64,000 nt of DNA from Candidatus Levyibacteriota bacterium (GCA_963790825.1 CAWBPM010000002.1:686980-750979); one strand, 5' to 3'; positions 27,619 to 38,739 are shown, numbered from the stretch's first letter. Translations and numbers: made by a program. Notes: a model not told the origin generated them from the letters alone.

Positions 27619-29223
27619 ATGCCGGCTATAAGTGAACTTACTCGTCCCCTCTTAGAAGAACAGCGATATCTAGCTGACTTTCCCTGGACCAATGTTGAGG
27701 CAGATCTAGACAGAATTTATGGCCGCGGGCAAATCGAGATCGGCTTCCCCCCGGGAGTTGCGAGAATCTTTCCCCAAGCAGCCAGGAATAATTCGGCTGC
27801 CATAAATGGCGTCATGTACGGAGATGAGGGAAAAGGCAGATGGGTCGATAATAAAATTGCCGGCCTTTTAGAAGCTCCTGGTATTCAATCAGTGAATGCT
27901 ATTCGCTACCAAGGCGGTAATAACGCGGGACATACTATTGAAATGGAAAATGGAAAACGCGTTGCCCTGCATGTTATCCCGTCAGCGATTATGTATGAGA
28001 AAGCACGAGGAATAATCGACCAAGGAGTCGTCGTCCACGTAGAAGATCTCCGGACAGAAATGGGATACGCCGAAGGAATAGTTGGGAATTTGAAAGGGAG
28101 AGTACTTCTCTCGAGTCATGCGCTCTTGTGCACAGACTTGGAGCGTGCTGAAGAAGTTGCAAATCGAGTGAAATCAAACGGTGCTGCAAATGGAGGAACA
28201 GCACGAGGTATCGGACCCACCTACGCACATCACTATGATAGGTTAGGACTTAAAGTTGAAGATTTAGTAAAAGAAAATTGGAGAACACGTTTAGGTGACC
28301 GGTATGATCGATATCAAAAAGAATTTGCCAGTATCGGCATGGACCTTGCGACTACAAAAGTTCCCGATTTTCATTCTGTAAAACTCGAAGGAAAAATGGC
28401 CAGCCGTACCGTGGGCTTGAAAGAAGAATTTTTAGATCGTCTTGAAGTATCCCGGCAGTGGCTGCTTAGTCGGAACATGACGACAGATACCCTGCCTCTC
28501 CACCGGGAAATATTCCATGACCCAAGCCAAGGGGTACTATTTGAAGGTGCCCAGGGAATTGGTCTGAATGCCTGGTTCGGCTCGTATCCTGATGTTACCG
28601 CATCTGATACATCCGCCTGGGGTATTTTAGCAGGCACAGGATATTGGCGTCCCGATAATGTAAAAGAAAGAATCGGAATACTGAAAGGTCCATATACTTC
28701 AAGCGTTGGCAAACGCCGGCTCCCAACACAAATTCATTTGGCAAAAGATAATAACGACCTGCCGTCCCATGCCACACTTGTAGAAGAACGGGGAGTTTTT
28801 ATCCGTAATAAAGCACGTGAACGAGGAACAACCACCGGCAGATGGCGGGACGTCTCAGAGCTCGACCTAGCCAATCTTTCGTATAATGCAGTCGTGGCAG
28901 GAGTTGACGTGCTGGCAGTAACCATGATGGACGTTGTAAGAGAAACTGATACTATCCGCGTCAGCACACACCATGAAAAAGATGGAAAACCAGTTCCCTT
29001 CAGACCTGGAATGGAATACATGAGCTGCCTTACTCCTGTATACGTGAATTTACCTGGATGGGACGGTGAAAAATGCAGCCAGGCAACCTCGATAGCAGAA
29101 TTCCCCATAGAAGCACAGCAATATCTCTCATTTATCCAAGCCCGAACCGCTGTTCCGATTGTCGCAGTAACTGCGAGTCCCGCCAGAAATAGGCTCATAA
29201 CCCTCCCCGGCTACAAAGTTTGA
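27619..29223 (+). CDS. purA: adenylosuccinate synthetase-like protein (long, divergent PurA)
   Basis: 534 aa; AdSS signature motifs GDEGKGR (P-loop), GGNNAGHT, GTARGIGPTY, GTTTGRWR; about 100 aa longer than canonical PurA. Confidence 0.65.
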   Translation: MPAISELTRPLLEEQRYLADFPWTNVEADLDRIYGRGQIEIGFPPGVARIFPQAARNNSAAINGVMYGDEGKGRWVDNKIAGLLEAPGIQSVNAIRYQGGNNAGHTIEMENGKRVALHVIPSAIMYEKARGIIDQGVVVHVEDLRTEMGYAEGIVGNLKGRVLLSSHALLCTDLERAEEVANRVKSNGAANGGTARGIGPTYAHHYDRLGLKVEDLVKENWRTRLGDRYDRYQKEFASIGMDLATTKVPDFHSVKLEGKMASRTVGLKEEFLDRLEVSRQWLLSRNMTTDTLPLHREIFHDPSQGVLFEGAQGIGLNAWFGSYPDVTASDTSAWGILAGTGYWRPDNVKERIGILKGPYTSSVGKRRLPTQIHLAKDNNDLPSHATLVEERGVFIRNKARERGTTTGRWRDVSELDLANLSYNAVVAGVDVLAVTMMDVVRETDTIRVSTHHEKDGKPVPFRPGMEYMSCLTPVYVNLPGWDGEKCSQATSIAEFPIEAQQYLSFIQARTAVPIVAVTASPARNRLITLPGYKV

Positions 29224-29271
29224 AGCTAGTCAACTAAAAACTACAGCAATTCTCAGACATAGTCTTCTCGT

Positions 29272-29829
29272 CTATAAACCGGATAGTAGCTCAAGTAGGA
29301 ATGGGAATTTTGTATATTCCGGATTTTGACTCGTACTAAAATGACCCTGCCCTTTCTTTATAATAAGTTCAGCACCTAGTTTCTCAGACAAATACTGTGC
29401 ATGCTCCAAAGGACAATGAGGATCATTATCTGAGTGAATAAAAATAAACTTTTTTGCCTTGCTTTTGATCTTGTCAAAATCAAAATCTTCCAGAAAAAGC
29501 TCCTGGAGCGACTTCCAACCCAAATCATTTTTGAATGCCCCAACTAAAACGCATGTTTCAACCTTTGTGTTTTCCGGCAAATGTTGCAGTAAGCCTAATA
29601 TTGCGACAGCTCCTGACGAGTGTCCTACTATTGCAGTTTCTTCATCAAACAACCAATCTTTATTCTGAAAAATAAATTCGTTATACCTTCCGATGTTTGG
29701 TTTTTCTGAATGAGGTAAATCAGGAACCCATACGGTAAATCCCCTCTTTTCCAGCTCTTTTTTCAACCAAGGAAACCAATTATCTTTTGAGCTGCTACCT
29801 GTACCATGTAATATGAGAACTCGCTTCAT
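29272..29829 (-). CDS. alpha/beta-fold serine hydrolase (YdeN/RBBP9-like)
   Basis: 185 aa; VLILHGTGSSSKDNWFPW..., nucleophile elbow GHSSG, catalytic HSDNDPHCP region. Confidence 0.55.
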   Translation of the reverse strand: MKRVLILHGTGSSSKDNWFPWLKKELEKRGFTVWVPDLPHSEKPNIGRYNEFIFQNKDWLFDEETAIVGHSSGAVAILGLLQHLPENTKVETCVLVGAFKNDLGWKSLQELFLEDFDFDKIKSKAKKFIFIHSDNDPHCPLEHAQYLSEKLGAELIIKKGQGHFSTSQNPEYTKFPFLLELLSGL

Positions 29830-29833
29830 AATC

Positions 29834-30385
29834 TCACTTCCATAATTTTTCGAGTTTATCCAGTGCTTCTAATGTACCCGGATCTGTCACTAAACTGTTC
29901 GCGGCAGATGAACTGAGCCATTTTGTTTCATAAAACTCCTTTGCAAGTTTCTCTTGATCTGGATTAAAATTATCCCTCTTCACATGTACAAAATGCCAAA
30001 TGTCATAGTGTATTCGGCAAGGCTGCTTACCGGGATTATCGATATAGGTAATGGTCAATAACAAAGGTCTGCCAATTCTATCTGCTGGGATATCTAGTCC
30101 CCATTCTTCCCCTATTTCCCGATCTAACGCCTGTTCGGGAGCTTCACCCTTATCTATATGACCTCCGTTAAATAACCATAAACCCGATTTTTTATGTTTG
30201 CCCATAAAAACTTCTTTTGCTACTGGGTCATTTGCGGCAAAATAAACACAGAAATGAGTCTCTTTATTTTCGTCTCTCGTCAATTTACCTTGATTTGCTC
30301 GTGCCAGAAACCGCTGAGCTACTTCCTCAGTACTAATGTTTTGAGAAATCCATTGCTTGAGCTTCTTTCCTAACTGATTATTCAT
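29834..30385 (-). CDS. NUDIX hydrolase
   Basis: 183 aa with Nudix box GGHIDKGEAPEQALDREIGEEWGL (Gx5Ex7REUxEExGU). Confidence 0.7.
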   Translation of the reverse strand: MNNQLGKKLKQWISQNISTEEVAQRFLARANQGKLTRDENKETHFCVYFAANDPVAKEVFMGKHKKSGLWLFNGGHIDKGEAPEQALDREIGEEWGLDIPADRIGRPLLLTITYIDNPGKQPCRIHYDIWHFVHVKRDNFNPDQEKLAKEFYETKWLSSSAANSLVTDPGTLEALDKLEKLWK

Positions 30386-30499
30386 AGTTGCAGTATAGCA
30401 ACTTCAGTAAGATTTTACTAAGAGTTTCTTGCTACAATACAGCTATAAAAATAAAAACCGAAGATAATATTCAGCCATTTGAAACTCAAGTGATTATTA

Positions 30500-31171
30500 T
30501 TAATCACTTTTGAGTGTCGAAAGCATATAATTAAATATCGTTTCATACGCACTTTTTGCACGTATTATGAGAAGATCGTTTGTTCTCGGCAGAACGACGT
30601 CTTCCGACTGCTCTCCACTTGAATCCTGAAAATATTCCTTTGTCCCCTTAATCGCCGCAACCGTTATCGGAGTTCCCGCTCCGCCGATTGCAAGCTGATC
30701 CGAGTATGACCTTGTGCTGACAGAGACCGAAATGAAACGCGAACTTGTTGAAGCAATGTTTGTGTTGAAGACAACAAAACTAGGCACAAGCGGCTCAAGT
30801 GCTCCTTGGTCTTGCACGACCCAGTCAGGCGAATATTTAATTGAATAGCCATACTTTGCATTGGTATAGGTAACCCAACTTATTCCGGGAACAAGCGTTG
30901 GCGTGGGAGTGTCAGGAATAGAAGTATCCTCTGGAGTAACCGTTGGAATTGGAATAGAAGGCGTCGACGAAGGTCGATTGTTTTGCGTGAGTGCTAAGAA
31001 AGTTTGCGAAGATAGTTTTCTAGCTGAAGGGACAAAAACAATGTATATAATCATTGCCAGCGTTAGAACAAATAAAATTAGTACTAATCCATAATTATTT
31101 TTATAAAAGGGTGTTTTAGTTCCTTGATCGGGATTGACTAGTTGTTGTGGCGCTTCCTGTTCCCCATTCAT
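30500..31171 (-). CDS. hypothetical membrane-anchored secreted protein (Pro/Thr-rich linker)
   Basis: 223 aa; N-terminal TM helix, then PSSTPSIPIPTVTPEDTSIPDTPTPTLVPG linker and a beta-rich domain. Confidence 0.45.
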   Translation of the reverse strand: MNGEQEAPQQLVNPDQGTKTPFYKNNYGLVLILFVLTLAMIIYIVFVPSARKLSSQTFLALTQNNRPSSTPSIPIPTVTPEDTSIPDTPTPTLVPGISWVTYTNAKYGYSIKYSPDWVVQDQGALEPLVPSFVVFNTNIASTSSRFISVSVSTRSYSDQLAIGGAGTPITVAAIKGTKEYFQDSSGEQSEDVVLPRTNDLLIIRAKSAYETIFNYMLSTLKSD

Positions 31172-31261
31172 ACCTTTATGCTTTCACATTCCGCAGAAGT
31201 GTGTCAAGAGATTGTCCCCCTCCCTTTACTTTTTCCCCAGTCTCTTATACGCTAATCATAG

Positions 31262-31954
31262 ATGTTTAGTGAGTTTAGAGACAGATTACTTCGGATAAAA
31301 CTGCAACGAGATGAGAAAATGGTATCTTTCCTCTTTAGCATAGAGGGAATCGTTATTATTCTCTTGGTAGCAAATATTATTTTTCTCAATTTATATATTT
31401 TGCATAATTTATCTGCTGCGAAATCCACTGCTAATACTACTGCTCCTTCGCCTACTGCTGCTGTCTCTTCCAATTCTCCACTTTCCTCGTCCCCCACAAT
31501 TCTTCCTACAACTTGTCCTAATTGTTTAAATCAAACTCTTTCTCCAACTGTTCTGCCGGTAAATACTTCTTCGCAACCGGTAGTAAATCCGGTAAAAGAT
31601 TATTTTATTCCTCTAGGCAGTGGAACAAATCAAACAAGCGACTGGACCGATATTCCCGGAGTTCAGGCAATTGTCGATTTCGGACAATACCAAAACATTA
31701 AAGAAATTCATCTTGAAGCATCGATCTACGTGCCGACAGCCAACGAAACAGTTTCCGTCAGACTTTATAATCAGTCGGACAATCATCCGGTTTGGTATTC
31801 GGAAATGACAACAGATGGAAGCGCTTCGGATTATTTGACGTCTCCTGCAATAATTTACGATACTGGCTCCAAGCTCTATCAAGTCCAGATGAAAACCCAA
31901 CTCCAATACCCGGCCAATTTGGTCCAGTCCCGAATCCACGTGGTATTAAAGTAG
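31262..31954 (+). CDS. hypothetical membrane-anchored secreted protein
   Basis: 230 aa; TM helix, then a Ser/Thr/Pro-rich linker and a C-terminal domain. Confidence 0.4.
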   Translation: MFSEFRDRLLRIKLQRDEKMVSFLFSIEGIVIILLVANIIFLNLYILHNLSAAKSTANTTAPSPTAAVSSNSPLSSSPTILPTTCPNCLNQTLSPTVLPVNTSSQPVVNPVKDYFIPLGSGTNQTSDWTDIPGVQAIVDFGQYQNIKEIHLEASIYVPTANETVSVRLYNQSDNHPVWYSEMTTDGSASDYLTSPAIIYDTGSKLYQVQMKTQLQYPANLVQSRIHVVLK

Positions 31955-32080
31955 AAAAATATGAAAGAACAGTATAAGTTTTTACTATCACGAATGTTAT
32001 GTCTATAAGAAGAGCAGCGAGACAAAGTGAAATAAATCAAGGCACTTGACTTTTCTATTTTTACTTGGAATACTTGAGAT

Positions 32081-33247
32081 ATGGACCCAGAAACTAATAG
32101 CCAAACACCTATTCAACCGCCACCAATCCCTCCCCTAACTCCTTCCCAAACAACGCCAGTTACGCCTGTTAAAGAACCAACTCTGATAAAAATTATCGCA
32201 GGTATATATGCGGTATTCGGTGCCCTAGGTATTCTTTTTTCACTTCTTCTTATAATCTATATTATTTTTGTCTATTCACAGTCCGACAATGTTTCGCCCT
32301 TTACGACTCCGGCGATTGCTGTTATGTACGAATTGCCGATCTTATCCTCGCTTTTTATTATCTGGTCAATCTTGACAATGTTGTCTCTGATCGCATTATC
32401 AGTCAGCAGTTTGAAAATTTCGTCCGCTCTTCACAAGTTAGAAATTCAAGGATACAAAACAGCTATGCTTCTTCTTGCAATCGGTATTTTCAATATCGTT
32501 TTTCAGACAATATCGGAAGTAGTAATGATAAACTCCCCTTCAATAAGCATTTTTACCAATGGAGGCATTGTGATTTTTTGGCTCGCCATATTCTTCCTAC
32601 TCAAATCACAACGTTCTTTCTTTATAAATATAAATCCAAAAAGTCATTTATTCAAGTACAATATTGTTCTGCAAATCATTATAACTTTACTTCTTATAGT
32701 GTTTCCATTTCTTGCTTACCATACTACTTCTCCGGAGGGTCCGATTCCTGTAATTCCTGAACAGAGTTTTGATACCAACACGCCGACACCGGAAGCAAAA
32801 ATATCTTTGTGGCAGAACTATGCAAACACAGAATATCATTTTTCGATTGCAATTCCACAAGGATGGTACACCAAAATTTATCCTGATGTGTATACCCCTG
32901 AAAAAAAGACCCTCGTTTTTAGTCAGCAATCACTGCCGCAAAATCTTATTAATGTAGCTGATAAGCAAAAGATATACCAACTCACTGTCTTCCCTGTTTC
33001 TGACACTGATGATTATGTTAATTATAAAAACGCTCAAGGTTCGGTTGGAGAGTTTAATAAGAAAGGAACGTTAGATAACGTTTCCGCCGTGATCCAAGAT
33101 AATATTAGCGAATACCATATTGAAGCGGAATATAAAGGGAATGTTTTTGATTTGTGGCTGCAGGATTCCGCAGACCCAAATGCAGACCATTACGTTCTAA
33201 CAGATATAGATAACCATCTTGTTTCTTCATTTAAATTTACAAATTGA
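32081..33247 (+). CDS. hypothetical polytopic membrane protein with extracytoplasmic C-terminal domain
   Basis: 388 aa; Pro-rich N-terminus, about 6 TM helices, then a 170-aa soluble domain. Confidence 0.45.
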   Translation: MDPETNSQTPIQPPPIPPLTPSQTTPVTPVKEPTLIKIIAGIYAVFGALGILFSLLLIIYIIFVYSQSDNVSPFTTPAIAVMYELPILSSLFIIWSILTMLSLIALSVSSLKISSALHKLEIQGYKTAMLLLAIGIFNIVFQTISEVVMINSPSISIFTNGGIVIFWLAIFFLLKSQRSFFININPKSHLFKYNIVLQIIITLLLIVFPFLAYHTTSPEGPIPVIPEQSFDTNTPTPEAKISLWQNYANTEYHFSIAIPQGWYTKIYPDVYTPEKKTLVFSQQSLPQNLINVADKQKIYQLTVFPVSDTDDYVNYKNAQGSVGEFNKKGTLDNVSAVIQDNISEYHIEAEYKGNVFDLWLQDSADPNADHYVLTDIDNHLVSSFKFTN

Positions 33248-33284
33248 TTAAGTAAAAGTCTCTCTTTTTATTTCCATAATATAT

Positions 33285-34028
33285 TTAGATTTTACCCGCC
33301 AAATACTTCTTTCGTTCTTCTTCCGGAAACCTCTCAATTGCATAACGCAAAGCCGTTCTTGGCATAGTTCTATATCGTGTTTTTAAAAATGCTTCCTCTT
33401 TTTCCTGAGAAACCCGCTTTCCTACTTCTCTCAGCATCCAGCCAACTGCTTTCTGGATGAGATCATGCTTGTCTTGCAACAATATGTCAGCAATTGCAAA
33501 AGTAATGTCAAACTGCCCCCTCTTAATAAATGCGAACGTTGCAATCATTGCAATTCTTTTCTCCCAAATATTTTTTGAATTAGCAAGTCGGAGTAATGTG
33601 TCATTACGAAGATGACCACTCGAGTGGACAGACGCGGAAATCTTATACAAATATTCTCCGACAATTTTATCAGCCGAGAGATCCACCAAATCCCAATTAT
33701 TAATATACTTCGTATGAGCCAAATAAAAGTCAAGGATCTCTTTTTGTTTATCCTCCGAAGCTTTAGCGAAGGAGGAAAATTGATAAATAAGAATCAAAAG
33801 TGCAATCAGCCGTTCTTCATGAAATTTCGACCGAAGCAAATCTTTAATATCCACCAAAGATAAATCTTTGTATTTTGATGCGATTTTTCGCGACTCTGGA
33901 ACGGTAATGCCGAGAAATATGTCGCCTTCAGCGTACTCACCCTTTTTTGTTTTAAAAAATCCGGCCAGAAATCTGGCTTTTTCAGGATTTGACGCTTTTT
34001 GAACCGCTTCTCGTATTTTTGTAGGCAT
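33285..34028 (-). CDS. DNA alkylation repair enzyme (AlkD/AlkC-like HEAT-repeat glycosylase family)
   Basis: 247 aa; pattern KARFLAGFFKTKKGEYAEGDIFLGITVPESRKIA...ERLIALLILI...NNWDLVD typical of pfam08713 DNA_alkylation. Confidence 0.65.
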   Translation of the reverse strand: MPTKIREAVQKASNPEKARFLAGFFKTKKGEYAEGDIFLGITVPESRKIASKYKDLSLVDIKDLLRSKFHEERLIALLILIYQFSSFAKASEDKQKEILDFYLAHTKYINNWDLVDLSADKIVGEYLYKISASVHSSGHLRNDTLLRLANSKNIWEKRIAMIATFAFIKRGQFDITFAIADILLQDKHDLIQKAVGWMLREVGKRVSQEKEEAFLKTRYRTMPRTALRYAIERFPEEERKKYLAGKI

Positions 34029-34074
34029 AAACAGATTATTACTTATTATTCTACTAAAGAACTAGGAAAAAAGA

Positions 34075-35154
34075 TTACGTGAGAGAAGTTTTTAGCTCTC
34101 GATTCTTTTGCTTATTTTCAATCGCCAAATCAATAAGTCTGGAAATAAGTGCTGGATAGGAAATACCGCTTGCTTGCCAAAGCTTAGGATACATACTGAT
34201 ATTAGTAAATCCGGGAATTGTGTTAACCTCATTAACAAAAATCTTATTTGTCTTGGTTAGAAAAAAGTCAACTCTTGCCATACCTGAACAACATAATACT
34301 TGAAATGCCCGTATAGCTAAGTTCTGAATGTTTTTCTTTATTCCATGGGTTACATTGGCCGGGATAATAACTTCCGCTCCTTGCGGATCAAGATATTTTG
34401 CTTCATATGAATAGAACTCGTGATGCGGAATTATTTCTCCAATCTCCGATGCTTGAGGATTGTCATTCCCGAGTATGGCACACTCAATTTCCCGACCCAT
34501 TATCGCCTGTTCAATAAGTATTTTTGTGTCATATAAGAATGCTGTTTTTAAAGCTTGGACAAATAACTTTTGTGAGATAACTTTCGAAATACCAACCGAT
34601 GATCCAAGATTGGCGGGTTTAATAAAAAGCGTATTACCCAATCTTCTACTGATATTGGCGTATGTTAACTTTTCAGCCTCAGCTTGTCTGATGACGAGAT
34701 AATTCGCAATTGGTATTCTAGCTTCTTTTAACAGTCGCTTCATCACATCTTTATCCATTCCAACTGCTGACGCCAATACGTCAGAACCGACAAACGGAAT
34801 ACCGGCAAGTTTCAATAAGCCTTGTACTGTTCCGTCTTCTCCATACGGACCGTGAAGTATAGGGAAAACAACATCTAGATGTGCCAGATCCAAAGAAGCA
34901 GGTACAAGAGAGTTGTCAGTATTTATGAGTTGTGTTTCTCGAGGAGAGATAGGTAAAACGAGATTTATTTTTTCTCCAAGGACTGCAGACTTTTGGTTAA
35001 ATTGCCAAATACCCTCTTTAGTGATTTTAATAAGCACCGGTTCATATTTATCTTCATCTAACGCTTCCAGCACGTTTTTAGCAGATTGAAGAGAAACTTC
35101 ATGCTCAGCCGACCTGCCGCCAAAAATAATTCCCACCTTAATTTTTTTGGCCAT
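34075..35154 (-). CDS. ddl: D-alanine--D-alanine ligase
   Basis: 359 aa; VGIIFGGRSAEHEVSLQSA N-terminus, ATP-grasp core, C-terminal ...EVNTIPGFT... Confidence 0.85.
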   Translation of the reverse strand: MAKKIKVGIIFGGRSAEHEVSLQSAKNVLEALDEDKYEPVLIKITKEGIWQFNQKSAVLGEKINLVLPISPRETQLINTDNSLVPASLDLAHLDVVFPILHGPYGEDGTVQGLLKLAGIPFVGSDVLASAVGMDKDVMKRLLKEARIPIANYLVIRQAEAEKLTYANISRRLGNTLFIKPANLGSSVGISKVISQKLFVQALKTAFLYDTKILIEQAIMGREIECAILGNDNPQASEIGEIIPHHEFYSYEAKYLDPQGAEVIIPANVTHGIKKNIQNLAIRAFQVLCCSGMARVDFFLTKTNKIFVNEVNTIPGFTNISMYPKLWQASGISYPALISRLIDLAIENKQKNRELKTSLT

Positions 35155-35245
35155 AAATCCAGTCCATTATAACAAATTTATGTCAACATAATAAAAGTAG
35201 AATAGTAGACAGTTAACTTTTATTAGGTTAAGATTAAAATGAAGT

Positions 35246-36904
35246 ATGCAACTACTTATTATCTGCATCATCTTTATCCTTTCTTCCGCATACGTTCTTC
35301 TCCTTGATCATTTATCTTTGTCACTTGAATTACTGCAGCGGGCACTCGTACTGCCAATTATCATTTCCCTACTGGCCTTCTATTACTTCTATGTTCGAAA
35401 CCTATGGAAAGAGTTTTTTAATTCATACGAAAAATGGCCGCTTTTATTCCTTGGTTCATTTCTCATACAATTGCTCATCATCGCAACAGGTGGAATAAAC
35501 AGTCCATTTTTCATTTTGGTCTATTTGTTTATGATTGGACTAAGTTTTATTTTTAGTTTCTCGGTTGCTTTAATTTTTTCACTAATAACCTTTTTACTTA
35601 TCTTTTTCGATATCTCCTTTCATCAGAATGTATTCCATTTCATTGTCGGTAACCCGAGAATAACTATTTTACAATTAGTTGCTCTACTTACCAGTATGCC
35701 TATTGCCTATATTGTTTCCTATAAATACCACGTTAAAGATTGGTTTTTTACGATGTTAGAAACGAAAGTTGCGACCGACGAGGCAATTTTAGCAAGTCTT
35801 AATGAATTAATTATTGTAACCGATCTTAAGTTGCATATTATTTCTGTCAACGACACGGTAGAGCGAGCAATGCTTAAATCACGATCAGAGCTTTTATACA
35901 AACCGGTTTTTGATGAATTTTTATTTAAAGACAAAAAAGGTAGATTTGTAACTAAAGAAACATTTTTTTCTGAAGGAAATACATCCTTACAACCAAAGAT
36001 AATAAATGATGTATTTACACTCTTCGGTTCCGTGACTTCAGACAGAGAAGTAACTATCCGAGTTCAAAAAACAAAAGAACTAGAATCGAATATGAATCAG
36101 ATTAGTTTTATTATTTCCTTTACGAAGAGACCTATCACAGCTAGTATGACAACTGTGTTAAAAAAGGCTAGAATGAAGTATGAAGCGATGAACGAAAATC
36201 TAAAAAAACGCTTAAAGGAGGAAAAGCTTTATGATATTAGGACGCAAATAATTTTATTAGAAAAAATTGAAAGTGATATTTATAATGTTAATACCGCTAA
36301 AGAACAGCTAAAAACAGTGCACATTTCCAAGATTGATGTAACGAAATTGTGCAAACACGCAGTAATTTTAGAGCATGATTTTGCTCATTCTTTTCATGTA
36401 GCAATCGATTTTGAACTATGTAATTTTGGCGTTAAAGATATTGCGCCTCTCGTAACAAAAGGTTTTTCGATCAAACCCGAAGATTGGACGGGACCATTTT
36501 TTACAGTTGCCTGTGATATGGAACGTGTTGAAATAGTTATAAAAAAATTATTAGATATGGCTGTATTTCTTGCTTCAACTCAAAAGAATCCGAAAATACT
36601 TTTGCAAGTTGAAAGAGAGAGAAAAGACACAATTGTTATAAAAGTTGTCGGCGATTGCCCGGTGATAAATAACACCGACATAGCTGAAATATTTAAACCT
36701 TACTACGGGGCACTATACGAAAAAAGTAATCTACATTTAGGATCAGGACTTGAAGGGTATTTGGTAAAAACCATCTGCGACATTTTGGCTATTCCGATTA
36801 ATGTTAATGTGGCGCAAAATAATCTTACTTTACCTAAGATAACTTTTTCATTACCTATCAAAAAACTTCCCTCAAAAAACAGCGTCTTATTTTCCCCAAG
36901 GTAA
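35246..36904 (+). CDS. membrane sensor protein with PAS-like and HATPase_c-like domains (degenerate histidine-kinase-like)
   Basis: 552 aa; 5-6 N-terminal TM helices, central PAS-like region, C-terminal GHKL-like G-box (GSGLEGYLVKTICDIL); no clear H-box found. Confidence 0.45.
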   Translation: MQLLIICIIFILSSAYVLLLDHLSLSLELLQRALVLPIIISLLAFYYFYVRNLWKEFFNSYEKWPLLFLGSFLIQLLIIATGGINSPFFILVYLFMIGLSFIFSFSVALIFSLITFLLIFFDISFHQNVFHFIVGNPRITILQLVALLTSMPIAYIVSYKYHVKDWFFTMLETKVATDEAILASLNELIIVTDLKLHIISVNDTVERAMLKSRSELLYKPVFDEFLFKDKKGRFVTKETFFSEGNTSLQPKIINDVFTLFGSVTSDREVTIRVQKTKELESNMNQISFIISFTKRPITASMTTVLKKARMKYEAMNENLKKRLKEEKLYDIRTQIILLEKIESDIYNVNTAKEQLKTVHISKIDVTKLCKHAVILEHDFAHSFHVAIDFELCNFGVKDIAPLVTKGFSIKPEDWTGPFFTVACDMERVEIVIKKLLDMAVFLASTQKNPKILLQVERERKDTIVIKVVGDCPVINNTDIAEIFKPYYGALYEKSNLHLGSGLEGYLVKTICDILAIPINVNVAQNNLTLPKITFSLPIKKLPSKNSVLFSPR

Positions 36905-37065
36905 AGTTATTGCTAAGGCAATATAAACAAGTACACCTAAAGCAGTAAGCAGTATGGCAATCATTATCTGCCTATTCTTTTTATTATCAGAATCCATAAC
37001 TATATTGTAGAGATATTCTTTGACTAAAACTATAAGTGAAATAGAACAATTTCTACTTTTAAAAC

Positions 37066-38493
37066 TTATGCAGCTTGAGAGAAAATTACCGTTTCTTTTG
37101 GAAGTCTTTTACTAAGGAGAACACCAATCATATCTACCCCTGTTTTTCCGGGATGAACAGGGTCTGGCATTTTAGCCATTTCCGCTATATATACATCTCT
37201 AACTTTTTTAGCTTGTTCAGTCAATCCTGCATCTTTCAAGTGTAGTAACGTCTCTTGTACTTTTAACATATTTCCTAATCCGACAGCCCATGGATCTGGG
37301 AAAAAAGTTCCACAGCTAGTCACTCCCGCCTCACTTGTTGCTTTCGCACTAAGCAGAGAACTTGTGGTAGCATCTTTATATATTTGTTTTTTTCCAGGAT
37401 TAGCCAATAAGTCTCCAAAGTTGTCTGACATTGTTTCAACTAACTCATCATCTGACATTGCCAATTGGTCTTTTATAATGCCTGTAATCATCCCATTAAC
37501 CAAGTGATGCGCCCGGTAAAATGGCTCTTTCCATCTTGAGTCGCCACCAGTACACCCACATCCCCCATGCCACCTCACCAGATCGCCATGTGGGCAACTC
37601 CACGCAGTTCGTTCATTTAGCCGGCCACTGGCGACATTGTCCAGTTTCAATTCATTTATTGAAATAGGAGTGATTCCCCGTCTGGGAAGTGATTCATACA
37701 ATAAATATCTCAAAAATTCGTCTCCTTGCTCCCAGTGAAGTCCAAATGTTTCTCCGTCGGTCCAAATAATTGGCTTATTGTGTGGATCAATAAAATTATA
37801 TTTCCAGGCAATCGATGCATCGGCAAAGAAATCTGCATTCGATTTATCCTTAAGACCAATATCACGTGACATAAGCCCATCAAATGGAAGAGCAATGATT
37901 CCCTTGCCTTCTTTGCCTTCTTCGTCGACTAATTTCAACCGTGTCGGTTGGTCATCCGCAGACCTACCATTTTCTAATTGTATTTGTTCCGGCGCACAAA
38001 GCACTCCTTCATAATACTGAGCTAAATTATATGCGAATCGAGTATTTAAGGCTGTTTCCGGTACCCAAACAAATCGTGCCGCATGATTACCGGCATCTTT
38101 TTCAAATTGCTTATAACCGGCTGCGATATTAATCCGCTGATCCAAATCTGACAAATCAGGGCCTAGTGCATGAATATAGGGCGTTGCCACCCCATTAGCA
38201 GCCATAGAGCTTTGGATGATTTTTCTCGTCTCGCGAATTTCATCTGCCCGATCAGGGTATGCAGCAATCATGCGGTCAAATTCATGATGACCTAATGTCG
38301 GCTGGAGATCAAAAGAAGTTTTTGGATATAGCTTTTTCCTGGCACGAGGAGCATATGATTTATCATGTGCTAGTAATGTCCAATCTACCTGCGGGTCCGC
38401 AGGATCAGTATAGACATTTTCTACGCCATTATGCGTGCCAGCCCTAGAAGGCTGATAGTCATGTACTCCAATAACAATTTGACGCTCTGGCAT
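37066..38493 (-). CDS. glycoside hydrolase family 57-like protein
   Basis: 475 aa; GH57-like conserved regions VIGVHDYQP (HxHQP-like) and FVWVPETA (WxPE nucleophile region); the assignment is tentative. Confidence 0.45.
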   Translation of the reverse strand: MPERQIVIGVHDYQPSRAGTHNGVENVYTDPADPQVDWTLLAHDKSYAPRARKKLYPKTSFDLQPTLGHHEFDRMIAAYPDRADEIRETRKIIQSSMAANGVATPYIHALGPDLSDLDQRINIAAGYKQFEKDAGNHAARFVWVPETALNTRFAYNLAQYYEGVLCAPEQIQLENGRSADDQPTRLKLVDEEGKEGKGIIALPFDGLMSRDIGLKDKSNADFFADASIAWKYNFIDPHNKPIIWTDGETFGLHWEQGDEFLRYLLYESLPRRGITPISINELKLDNVASGRLNERTAWSCPHGDLVRWHGGCGCTGGDSRWKEPFYRAHHLVNGMITGIIKDQLAMSDDELVETMSDNFGDLLANPGKKQIYKDATTSSLLSAKATSEAGVTSCGTFFPDPWAVGLGNMLKVQETLLHLKDAGLTEQAKKVRDVYIAEMAKMPDPVHPGKTGVDMIGVLLSKRLPKETVIFSQAA

Positions 38494-38739
38494 AATATTA
38501 TTTCCTTAGATAAGGAAATAATAAGGAAATTCATACTGCTCTTACTGTTCATGGCAGATTTACTATTCCTCAAGCAAGAGTTTTTATAGTGACCTCAACT
38601 ATACTACCTTAATGCTAACATGAAGACATAGAACTGTCAATCGTATTTCCGAGCTTTCTACGTCTCTACTATTATTAGCTCGACAAGGATCCACGAGTCA
38701 AAAATTGAACATATATCTCTTCTGTGCTACAATCCTGTA

